This document shows, piece after piece, positions 1 through 8,339 of a stretch of DNA of 20,000 bases. This DNA comes from an uncultured virus (IMG/VR IMGVR_UViG_3300022552_000006) (Duplodnaviria; Heunggongvirae; Uroviricota; Caudoviricetes): IMG/VR virus record IMGVR_UViG_3300022552_000006; one strand, 5' to 3'. Below the pieces are notes generated by a model that worked only from the letters and a program-made list of their open reading frames with translations, was not told the origin of the DNA and made no database searches. The number at the start of each line of letters is the position of its first letter. Within the stretch, counting starts at the first letter, position 1. A program made the position numbers and the translations under genes.

Positions 1-413
1 CATATCCAGAGAAAATGGAAGAAGAAATCAAAAAGCTCAAAGAAGAAATAGAAGAACTCAAAAAGAAGAAATATCCATATCCAGAGAAAATGAGTGAAAC
101 TGAGCAAGAGCTTTCAGCTTACACAGATTTTATCAAAGAATATCTCAAGAAGCATCCAGGAGCGACAATAAAGGAAGCTGCAAAAGCTTGGGGAAAGGAG
201 CACAACGAGCTTGAGGAATCAAAGTCAAGCGTAACCGTAGAAGACTTGCAGACTCAGATAGGTGAAATAGTAACACAGAAAATGTCAGAATTTGGCGTAA
301 AGCCAATAAGAATTGCTCAGAAGTTCATAGATCCAAATAGCGAAGCTAATATAAATGCTTCAGAACTTGATTTGGCAATGTTCAATATGATTAAGGAGGG
401 GATTGGAGTATGA
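1..413 (+). CDS. C-terminal part of a probable capsid scaffolding (or protease-scaffold) protein, probably 5'-truncated by the window
   Basis: The frame is open back to the window edge (tat cca gag aaa atg = YPEKM), and YPEKM recurs at 78-92. E/K-rich coiled-coil character. Directly upstream of the capsid gene, with an ATGA overlap at 410-413. Confidence 0.65.
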   Translation, partial: YPEKMEEEIKKLKEEIEELKKKKYPYPEKMSETEQELSAYTDFIKEYLKKHPGATIKEAAKAWGKEHNELEESKSSVTVEDLQTQIGEIVTQKMSEFGVKPIRIAQKFIDPNSEANINASELDLAMFNMIKEGIGV

Positions 414-1420
414 GAACTATACAAGAGCTTGCTGATACAACCACTTCTCACAACACAGACCTTCTCGCAAAGAGATGGCTAAACACCATAGTAGATTCAG
501 CAAAGAAAAAGATGTTCTTTTTGGACATCGTTAGCCAGTATGATATGCCTCCAGGCACCCAGAGCATAGTAATACCTTACAGAAAAGGTTACTTTAGCAC
601 TCTTGGGACTTCAGTAACAGACACAACCACAGAAGGTAATTCAGTTACATTCACCACAATGAACAACCTTGAAGGTCTTACTTTAACACCTTCACCACAT
701 GCATATGGTGTAGCAATATCCAACAACGCTGTGAGAACTACAGCAGTTAACCTTATACAGGCTGCCAGAGAAGAGCTTACAGACTATTGGGCAGATGTAG
801 TTGACAAGGCAATTGCCGCTGCAATAAATGGAGCTCCAGTTGCAACATCATCGGCAAAAGGAGCTTCTGAATTGTTTGGTGGAGATGCTTCGTCAACATC
901 TACATTGGAATCTGGAGATATTCTAACACCATCACTTATAGTGAAGGCCAAAAGCAGACTACAAGGTACAACGATGTATTACTGGGACAGCGGTTCAGAA
1001 TCAAAATCATCACAGAGTAAGGCACCTTGGTTCTCGGAGCCCGACAGCCCATTTGTAATGTACATAGGCCCAGAACAGGAATATGTACTTTTGACTGATA
1101 GTCAGTTTACGAATGCGGCAGAATATGGTGGCAACGAGATTGTGCTTAACGGCGAAATAGGAAAATATCAGGGTGTTAAAATAATAACTTCAGTAAATAC
1201 CACATCAGCAACAAACTGGGGTGGTGGCAGTTTAGCTGGTCACAACTGTTACATGGTCAAGGCTCGCGTATCTGCAGCTTTAGCATGGGGACAGAGACCA
1301 AGATTGAGGATATTTGAGTATCCAAGTGACCTTGAAACCAGAATAATACTTGAACAAGCATACGCAACAGACTCTTTGCACAACGACTCGATTTGTCATG
1401 TGAAAGTCGCTGACGAGTAA
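410..1420 (+). CDS. Major capsid protein, HK97-like fold (resembles N4-gp56-type MCPs)
   Basis: 336 aa. MCP-like segments: 'LTLTPSPHAYGVAISN', 'EELTDYWADVVDKAIAAA', 'FVMYIGPEQEYVLLTDSQF', 'NGEIGKYQGVKIITS'. GGAGG/GGAG RBS. Follows the scaffold-like gene. Confidence 0.9.
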   Translation: MRTIQELADTTTSHNTDLLAKRWLNTIVDSAKKKMFFLDIVSQYDMPPGTQSIVIPYRKGYFSTLGTSVTDTTTEGNSVTFTTMNNLEGLTLTPSPHAYGVAISNNAVRTTAVNLIQAAREELTDYWADVVDKAIAAAINGAPVATSSAKGASELFGGDASSTSTLESGDILTPSLIVKAKSRLQGTTMYYWDSGSESKSSQSKAPWFSEPDSPFVMYIGPEQEYVLLTDSQFTNAAEYGGNEIVLNGEIGKYQGVKIITSVNTTSATNWGGGSLAGHNCYMVKARVSAALAWGQRPRLRIFEYPSDLETRIILEQAYATDSLHNDSICHVKVADE

Positions 1421-1430
1421 GATACTTTGA

Positions 1431-1565
1431 GAAGGCAAAACTTTCCAATTTTGTGGATTATCATTTGTTTTTTGATAATCCCGCTTTTGCTTCTTTTTTT
1501 TAAAAGAAGCAATTAAAAAAGCTTAACCGCAAGGTTCGGTCAGATATGACCGTTAAGCTTTTTAA
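1431..1565 (+). promoter_or_regulatory. Structured intergenic region: hairpins, T8 tract (possible terminator/attenuator) and a three-way junction before the next RBS
   Basis: Inverted repeats 1455-1463/1473-1481, 1487-1497/1502-1512, 1516-1526/1553-1563 and 1537-1542/1547-1552. T-run at 1494-1501. Confidence 0.6.
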
Positions 1566-1577
1566 CGAGGTGTGAAT

Positions 1578-1979
1578 ATGGGAAATAAATATTGGTATGG
1601 TAAGCAAAGGACAATAGAAGTTGGAATTTCTGCAGTAAATTCAGGGAGCACAGCTGAAGTTCCTGTCTTTGTTGCTCCATTCAGATGCAAAATCAAAAAG
1701 GCTTCAATAGTGCCACAGTCAGCAATAACTGGAGTCCAGACCAATAATATGGTTCTTGGATTTTATTCAAGAGGAACTGATGGAACTTCAACATCAAATA
1801 TAGTCAGTCTTACATTCACTAACGGAGTTGATGCTTCAGCTTACGCAGAAAAAGATTTGGGCTCTCTTTCAAACAATGTGCTTAATCTTGCTACAGTTGT
1901 CACATTCTTCAAAGATGAAAACGGTTCTGGAATGAATATGCCAAATTTGCTTGCTAAGCTGGAAGTTGTGAGAGTTTAA
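1578..1979 (+). CDS. Putative capsid decoration/cement-like beta-sandwich protein
   Basis: ATG 1578 follows GAGGTG at 1567-1572. About 133 aa, beta-strand pattern, S/T/G rich, immediately after the MCP gene. Function inferred from position. Confidence 0.5.
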   Translation: MGNKYWYGKQRTIEVGISAVNSGSTAEVPVFVAPFRCKIKKASIVPQSAITGVQTNNMVLGFYSRGTDGTSTSNIVSLTFTNGVDASAYAEKDLGSLSNNVLNLATVVTFFKDENGSGMNMPNLLAKLEVVRV

Positions 1980-1990
1980 AGGTGATCTCA

Positions 1991-2194
1991 ATGGTAGGCG
2001 CCTATGGATATGTAATGAATGGCTTAGCAGCTGCTACGGCAACTAAAATTGTCACAAGGAAGAAAAAGTATACCAAATCTGAATTGAGAGCAATGAACAA
2101 AAAAGAGCAGATAGAATTGCTTAAATCTCTTGGAGTCACCGAAATACCGAGATTGGAGAAAGACAGAATAAAAAAAATAATGGAGCTTCAGTGA
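1991..2194 (+). CDS. Small basic protein with a Rho-N/HeH(LEM/SAP)-like helical domain
   Basis: ATG 1991 follows AGGTGA. 'YTKSELRAMNKKEQIELLKSLGV...EKDRIKKIMELQ' fits the helix-extension-helix pattern often found after phage capsid genes. Confidence 0.55.
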   Translation: MVGAYGYVMNGLAAATATKIVTRKKKYTKSELRAMNKKEQIELLKSLGVTEIPRLEKDRIKKIMELQ

Positions 2195-2204
2195 GGTGTT
2201 TTGA

Positions 2205-2360
2205 ATGGCAGTAACTAAAACTGAATATGGAAACTGGTATACATTAAAAGGCACTTTAGCGGAAGTTATGGGAGCGCTTAAAGGAAAAAGCCCTGATGAA
2301 GTTAGGGCAATTGTGTTTGACAGCACAGATTATGTGGCAGTTTGTGTTCATAAAACTTAA
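2205..2360 (+). CDS. Small hypothetical protein, 51 aa (not in the supplied ORF track)
   Basis: Manual translation: MAVTKTEYGNWYTLKGTLAEVMGALKGKSPDEVRAIVFDSTDYVAVCVHKT*. GAGGTG RBS at 2193-2198. Fills the gap between neighbours. Confidence 0.75.
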   Translation: MAVTKTEYGNWYTLKGTLAEVMGALKGKSPDEVRAIVFDSTDYVAVCVHKT

Positions 2361-2376
2361 AAAAGGAGGAATTAAA

Positions 2377-2910
2377 ATGCCAAATGAAGGTTTTGCAATG
2401 AATGACCAAGTGTCAAAACAAGTTAATAAAGCTCAAGACAGTTCGTTAAATTTTAGAGGTTGGTTTGAGATAGACCACATAAGAGACGGGCAAGTAATAG
2501 ACCACAGGGTTATCAATAACACGATAACAAATGCAGGGTTGGCAGAAGTTGCTGGACTGATAAATGCAGACCAAGCTGGATCATTAAACGCTTTTGACTA
2601 CATTGCCATAGGAACTGGCACTGGATCTGCAAGCGCAAGTGATACTCAATTGGAACATGAAATCACAAGCGGTGGCGGTTCAAGGCGTGGCGGTGCCGAT
2701 GTAACTGGGACAAGAGTAACTACAAGCGTGACAAATGACACGAGCCAATGGGTAACTACATTTACATTCACCGCATCATTTGCAGTAACTGAGAGCGGAA
2801 TATTTAACCAAAGTTCTGGTGGAACTATGCTTGCAAGGCAAACATTTTCAGCAATCAATGTAACATCTGGCGATTCATTGCAAATTACTTGGAAAGTCCA
2901 GTGTAGTTAA
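2377..2910 (+). CDS. Virion structural protein resembling tail-collar/fibre N-terminal (DUF3751-like) beta proteins
   Basis: Likely start is ATG 2377 after GGAGG, not 2296. Motifs 'NTITNAGLAEVAGLI', 'YIAIGTG', 'DTQLEHEI', 'VTESGIFNQSSGGTMLARQTF', 'GDSLQITWKV' match this phage structural family as I recall it. Confidence 0.65.
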   Translation: MPNEGFAMNDQVSKQVNKAQDSSLNFRGWFEIDHIRDGQVIDHRVINNTITNAGLAEVAGLINADQAGSLNAFDYIAIGTGTGSASASDTQLEHEITSGGGSRRGGADVTGTRVTTSVTNDTSQWVTTFTFTASFAVTESGIFNQSSGGTMLARQTFSAINVTSGDSLQITWKVQCS

Positions 2911-2954
2911 GGACTTTCCTAACGCCAATACAATGGCGTAATTGAGGCAATACA

Positions 2955-3245
2955 ATGCAATTTGAAGTTTTTTTTAGAAATGGCATGAGGCTTGTATCCT
3001 CGAACGATTTGGTTAATTGTGTTTATAACAATTCTGATGTGGAAAAAGTCATTCTTACCAGAGGCAGCCATAAATGGATTGTTAATCTTGATTCTGATGC
3101 TAGACTTATTTTCTGGCGTGACATCAATTTTTCTTCTCCGCCGCAAACAGTCTACAACATCGGCTATCAGAAAACGATTAAAGGGAAGAATGTGAAAACA
3201 ATTATGAAGATTTTTCCGGACAATAAAATCGAGCTGGTGAGCTAA
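2955..3245 (+). CDS. Hypothetical protein, 96 aa
   Basis: GAGG RBS. Stop codon abuts the next ATG at 3246. No recognisable motif. Confidence 0.65.
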   Translation: MQFEVFFRNGMRLVSSNDLVNCVYNNSDVEKVILTRGSHKWIVNLDSDARLIFWRDINFSSPPQTVYNIGYQKTIKGKNVKTIMKIFPDNKIELVS

Positions 3246-6200
3246 ATGGTTAAATACAGAAGAGTTTATTATGATAGCGTTAAGAAATATGGCTTAAAGA
3301 TTGGCATCACTTCAATTCCTGTTGTTTTTCTTCTTTTTATGCTTCTTGCCCAAAGAGGAGATATTACTATAACAGGATATTCTGGGGACATGGTCTGTGC
3401 AGGGACGGAATTAGATCCCTGCTATGCTTACATTAACTTCACAGCCAACACGGACATTTATATTTATCCCAACGAGAATTGGACATTCAGCACGAACCCG
3501 CCAGTGAGGAAAGTTATCCTGCAAAGGAGCTGGCGGGATTCTTGGAGGACAATAAACCTGAGCAAGCCGTGGAATAAGAATGTGAAATACGCCATAAAAT
3601 TTAGCAAAGGAAAAAGCTATCAGATTAGATTTATTGGATACAAATATTATCCTTATGATGACATTAAATGGGGATTCGGGGACATAGACCCCGTTTGGTA
3701 TGGTGATAAATGGATTTCTCCATCATGGTCTAAAGAGATAAAGGAAGTGGTAGAATACAACAACGGAACGAGAGCAGTAGTAGATTTTGACAATATTAAT
3801 TTTGCCGATATAGATAGAGCTGGATTATGGTTAGGAGACGAAAAGAAGAACATAGCAGGATTTGATAAGTCACACGGGCAGATAATATTGTATCCTAAAG
3901 GATATGACAAGCCACCAGTTAATTTGTTTGTCAGGATACATGCGACAAAAGGAGCAAGCACTTACACTAAATGGCTAACAAGCAACAAAGGAAAACCGTA
4001 TTGGAACGAGAAGATACTGGATGACGGAGCCACGCAGAAAGAATTAGGATATTATACAAACTTGACATATAACATATTTACGTTCCCCTGTTCTATTGGC
4101 ATTAGAGGAGACACCCACCACGAGAAATGGAAGATACCGATAAATGTTTCAACACCGATAGATTTGGATGATATTTCGGTGGAATATATATTCGCTGTAA
4201 ATCCAGATTCGGCAAAGAAAATGAAGTATGTGAGAGTAGTCGGGAAAAACGGTAGCGAGCAATACAGATTAAACAAGCTTATAGACAAATCCGGAGAGAT
4301 TACACATAATTTTTATTTCTTGGATGAAAATAATAATACGATTTCATTTGTAGATTTTGAAAAGGAATTTAACCTTTCAAACTCTCAAGAGTGGAAGATA
4401 AAAAGAGTCACGCTCCCAAATGGGCAGTTCGTGTATGTCTTGTCGATTAGATTCAGCTTCGGAAGTTTGGATATGGACGAAGTGTTAAGTCTCAATGCCG
4501 ATTGGACGACTCCGAGCAGCGTGGAGAGTTACAGTTCCCAGAGCTCTTTAGATACTGCAAGTAAGTCGATAGACGATTCCACTTCGAGTTATTGGGATGA
4601 AAATATTGGTAATGATAAAGATGGTCCGACTTACGAGTGGTATATCACATACGATATGGGGGACACCTACACGATTTCGAAGATAAGAATCTATGCAGAT
4701 GGCGATGAGAGTTATAATCCTTGTAAAGTAGGAATCATAAAAGTCTGTGACGACCCTGACTGTAATGGAGAATCTAATTTGTTAAGTTCTGCATGTTCAT
4801 TTTCTACTAAAAAAGAATGGCAGGAATGTTCATTTACGGCTACTTCAGGAAGGTATATCGAAGTTCGAGGAGGAATACGTCAGCCGTTTGGTGACTGTGT
4901 TAATAAAATTAATTATTTTTATACTCAAGATTTTTACGAGTTCGACGCCTATGTCGAGAGCGGGGACACATCTCCACCATCATTCTCAAACTGGCAACAG
5001 CAACCGCCAGATTTGAACTCAAGTTCTTTGGGAAAGTTATATATAAATGTCACGATAACGGACGATTCTGGAGTCAATGAATCTTCCGTAAAATTCTATC
5101 ATTGGATAAATGATTCACAATATCCAGACCAACCTTGGTGCTTCTTAAATGGAACTGCTGGGGATTTCGAACACGAGCATACTATGACCAACACTTCGTC
5201 TGTATTCAACATAACTCTGCACACTTACGCATACAACCCGTCAACGCATAATGTCCACCCAGAAACGATGAGGTCGGCAACGAAATACAATTATAGCTTG
5301 GATTCAAATAACAAGGCATTAAAAGTCAGGTTTTACAACATTTCAACTCATCCGAATACAACTTTTGTCCTAAAGCCAAGGCTATACAGAAATTCCGGGA
5401 ATTTGTTGATTTATTATTGTAACAGCTCTTATACGACTGGCAAGGTATACAATTCTGATTATTGTATCCCTATAGCGACACTAACTTCTCAAGAAGACAC
5501 AAACTACCAGAATACATATTTCTATGGGGATGAAAATTCTCTTTTAGATGGTATTAAGATTACATCAACGGGATACATAGTGTTTTATGCGGAGGTAGGT
5601 TCGGACTGGGAAGTTGCTTACGCCAACATAGATTCAAACTCGGTTGAAACGACAGGAAATGGTGGAACATCTTGGACTAATCAAGATTATTCAGCAGATA
5701 CTTGGTTAATACAACTTAACGGAAATGGGCTAACTACCGTTGGATACAAAGTTTACGCTTGCGATAATGTAGGAAACTGCGATAATTCAACAGTCCAAAA
5801 GGACACCTATGCCATACATAATTTTGCACCTTCGCCAGCACCAGAAATATTAGTTCCTGAAAATTCAACTTATTCTGGAATTTTTAACATAACTTGGACA
5901 GCGTCAAAAGACCCGAACAGCGACCCATTCAACTACTCAATATACTTATATCATTCTAATAATACTTTAGCTGCAATATTGGCAGACAACAACATAACCG
6001 AAGGAACTGAATATTACACATTCGATTCGACAGGTTATCCAAACGGACAGTATTATTTAATGGCAAATGCCACAGATGATGTAGGTAACACGAACTTCTA
6101 CATTATGCCATATTATTTCACATTAGATAATAACCCACCGTTTTGGTCAGACAATTCCACGAATTCAACATTAGCAGGAAGCCCAATATTACATTCTTTA

Positions 6201-8339
6201 AAGTGGTATGATAATGATGGTCTAAGCGGTTATATTTTCAGTTTCTACAACGGAAGCAACACAACTTCTTGCGACGGGACTTTGGACTGCTCTGGACTAA
6301 GCTCCGCCCAATGTCAGGCATGTTCTCAATGTTCTTACACGGCAGAAAATTGTAGCGGAACGCCCAATTCTTGCGATTCATACTCAAGCCAAAGCGACTG
6401 CGAACTTTGCGGTTGCACTTGGAGTGGCGGGGGAGGGAGCTATAACACCTATACACCAGACGATAATGACTTTGTCTGTACATTAAGAGCATCAGGAGGG
6501 GATTACTCTAAAATTAATGATTGGAGAAGTGCAATAGCATGCGATTTAACAGATTCCAGCACAAAGATATTCACGGTTTCAGATAGAGGTAATTATGATT
6601 CAAGTGACGATGGAAAAACGGTTACATTTTCAGGGGGAGGAACAGGAACTTTAAAACACATAAGCACATTTAACAAAGCTTTAATCGTAAGTTGTAGTGG
6701 AACTATAAATACTGGAACTGTAACTATAAGTTCAGGACATACGTTTACAATTTCAGATACAGGGCAACAAGTAGGGGATGTTGTTTTAAGTCTTTATAAC
6801 GATTGGGCAAACGGTTATGATGAAGGCAGTGCTTATATAGACATTAAAAATTTTGTGACGGATGCTAATCATAAAGTAGTGATATGGACAAACGCAAGTG
6901 CGTCTGGGACTCAAGGCCCGAACAGGCATAATGGAACTGCAGAAAGTGGATTTTTCGTTAATGAAACAGGCAGTAGTTACACTTTTGTTTTTAGAATATC
7001 TCATGTTCTTGTAGAAGGAATAGAAATTCAGCAACCTTCAAAACCTTCTATGGGAGTTTTCTATATGGATAGTGGATTAAATAATACATTTAGGAATTTA
7101 CTAATACATAATGTCGGGGGAATTGTTTATCATGGGGAAGCTTCAACAATAGAAAATTCTATAATCTACGATTTTGGAAGTTCGGGATATTCGGTTGTAA
7201 GATTCAATAAAGTTAGAAGTTGTAGCATTTTAGCAATGGGTAGTGGTAGCTATAGCAATCAAATCATAGTTCGAAATGCAGAATGTTACAATGTTCTTGT
7301 CTATAACAATAATTCTGGAACTGGTTATAATGATTATTACTCTTGCACTGGGGATTATAATATAGGTTCAGATAGTTCTGCTCCCGGAAGTCATTCACAA
7401 CACAATAAAGCGTTAAGCGATATAGATTTTGTTTCTACAACACCGGGAAGTGAGGATTTGCACATTCAGTCCACTTCGTGTGCAAAAGATGCTGGCACGG
7501 ATTTGTCGTCTTATTTCACGGATGATATAGATGCGTGCACAAGGTCAGGAACTTGGGACATAGGAGCGGACGAATATGATTGCACTGGTGGTGGAGGAGG
7601 AAGTGGTTCGTGTTCAGGAACTCCAAACTCATGTTCAATAGGAACTTGCGAGGCGATATGCGGTTGTACTTATACTCCCGAGTCCTGCTCTAACTTAGGC
7701 TCTTGCTCTGCGTGCGGAACAGAAGGGGATTGTAGCGATTGTTCACCGGCAGGGTGCAGTTGGAGTTCGGTGGAATTTGTGAACGACTCTTGGGTATCAA
7801 TGTCAGGAACAACGGACTGGTCAAACGTGACTAAAGTTGTGAATTCGACAGTAGGGGCAACAATAAAGTGGAAAGTATACGCAAATGACAGTAATGATAA
7901 TTGGAATGTCTCAGATGTTTTTACTTATATAACGACAAGTGGTGGCGCTCCGTCTGTGACTTTCGATATAAATCATAACACGACCGCTAATATCATTCGT
8001 TTTGTTAATTGTTCTCCGGATTGGGCATTTTATCCTACATATCCAGAAAACCAGACAACCAATGACGGCATCATAAATGCTACAAATGATGGAACACAAA
8101 GCGGGAATTTTGAAATCGAATATGTCGGAACATTGAATACGGGTTGGACACTATGGGCTTGTAATGCGTCAACCAACGATCCAAAAACCTCTTCTAACTG
8201 CGTACAACTTACAAACAGCTGGCAGTTAATCTGGTATAATGTAGCGGTGGATGAACAAAAAGACATATGGTTATATGGCAATTGTAGTTATGTGACTGCT
8301 AATCCAAGAGTGGGTATAGATATGCAAGCGGTGAGTTAA
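3246..8339 (+). CDS. Large membrane-anchored/secreted multidomain adhesin-like protein (N-terminal TM, discoidin F5/8C-like, Ig/FN3-like, Cys-rich, parallel beta-helix)
   Basis: 1697 aa. Basic N-terminus then hydrophobic 'IGITSIPVVFLLFMLLA'. Discoidin-like segment ~4500-4950 ('WYITYDMGDTYTISKIRIY', 'SGRYIEV'). Beta-helix cap 'DLHIQSTSCAKDAG...DIDACTRSGTWDIGADEY'. Roughly 45-50 N-x-S/T sequons by manual count. GGTGA RBS. Confidence 0.8.
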   Translation: MVKYRRVYYDSVKKYGLKIGITSIPVVFLLFMLLAQRGDITITGYSGDMVCAGTELDPCYAYINFTANTDIYIYPNENWTFSTNPPVRKVILQRSWRDSWRTINLSKPWNKNVKYAIKFSKGKSYQIRFIGYKYYPYDDIKWGFGDIDPVWYGDKWISPSWSKEIKEVVEYNNGTRAVVDFDNINFADIDRAGLWLGDEKKNIAGFDKSHGQIILYPKGYDKPPVNLFVRIHATKGASTYTKWLTSNKGKPYWNEKILDDGATQKELGYYTNLTYNIFTFPCSIGIRGDTHHEKWKIPINVSTPIDLDDISVEYIFAVNPDSAKKMKYVRVVGKNGSEQYRLNKLIDKSGEITHNFYFLDENNNTISFVDFEKEFNLSNSQEWKIKRVTLPNGQFVYVLSIRFSFGSLDMDEVLSLNADWTTPSSVESYSSQSSLDTASKSIDDSTSSYWDENIGNDKDGPTYEWYITYDMGDTYTISKIRIYADGDESYNPCKVGIIKVCDDPDCNGESNLLSSACSFSTKKEWQECSFTATSGRYIEVRGGIRQPFGDCVNKINYFYTQDFYEFDAYVESGDTSPPSFSNWQQQPPDLNSSSLGKLYINVTITDDSGVNESSVKFYHWINDSQYPDQPWCFLNGTAGDFEHEHTMTNTSSVFNITLHTYAYNPSTHNVHPETMRSATKYNYSLDSNNKALKVRFYNISTHPNTTFVLKPRLYRNSGNLLIYYCNSSYTTGKVYNSDYCIPIATLTSQEDTNYQNTYFYGDENSLLDGIKITSTGYIVFYAEVGSDWEVAYANIDSNSVETTGNGGTSWTNQDYSADTWLIQLNGNGLTTVGYKVYACDNVGNCDNSTVQKDTYAIHNFAPSPAPEILVPENSTYSGIFNITWTASKDPNSDPFNYSIYLYHSNNTLAAILADNNITEGTEYYTFDSTGYPNGQYYLMANATDDVGNTNFYIMPYYFTLDNNPPFWSDNSTNSTLAGSPILHSLKWYDNDGLSGYIFSFYNGSNTTSCDGTLDCSGLSSAQCQACSQCSYTAENCSGTPNSCDSYSSQSDCELCGCTWSGGGGSYNTYTPDDNDFVCTLRASGGDYSKINDWRSAIACDLTDSSTKIFTVSDRGNYDSSDDGKTVTFSGGGTGTLKHISTFNKALIVSCSGTINTGTVTISSGHTFTISDTGQQVGDVVLSLYNDWANGYDEGSAYIDIKNFVTDANHKVVIWTNASASGTQGPNRHNGTAESGFFVNETGSSYTFVFRISHVLVEGIEIQQPSKPSMGVFYMDSGLNNTFRNLLIHNVGGIVYHGEASTIENSIIYDFGSSGYSVVRFNKVRSCSILAMGSGSYSNQIIVRNAECYNVLVYNNNSGTGYNDYYSCTGDYNIGSDSSAPGSHSQHNKALSDIDFVSTTPGSEDLHIQSTSCAKDAGTDLSSYFTDDIDACTRSGTWDIGADEYDCTGGGGGSGSCSGTPNSCSIGTCEAICGCTYTPESCSNLGSCSACGTEGDCSDCSPAGCSWSSVEFVNDSWVSMSGTTDWSNVTKVVNSTVGATIKWKVYANDSNDNWNVSDVFTYITTSGGAPSVTFDINHNTTANIIRFVNCSPDWAFYPTYPENQTTNDGIINATNDGTQSGNFEIEYVGTLNTGWTLWACNASTNDPKTSSNCVQLTNSWQLIWYNVAVDEQKDIWLYGNCSYVTANPRVGIDMQAVS

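Noticed and set aside
1516..1563. tRNA or known ribozyme in the post-capsid region
   Set aside because: No cloverleaf with D and T arms, and no hammerhead core (CUGANGA/GAAA) in the right arrangement. Kept only as an unassigned structured element.
2296..2376. N-terminal extension of the 2296..2910 ORF in the track
   Set aside because: It overlaps the 51-aa gene at 2205-2360, and the strong GGAGG RBS points to ATG 2377.
3246..8339. Diversity-generating retroelement target in the adhesin
   Set aside because: No reverse transcriptase and no TR/VR pair differing at adenines was seen in this window.
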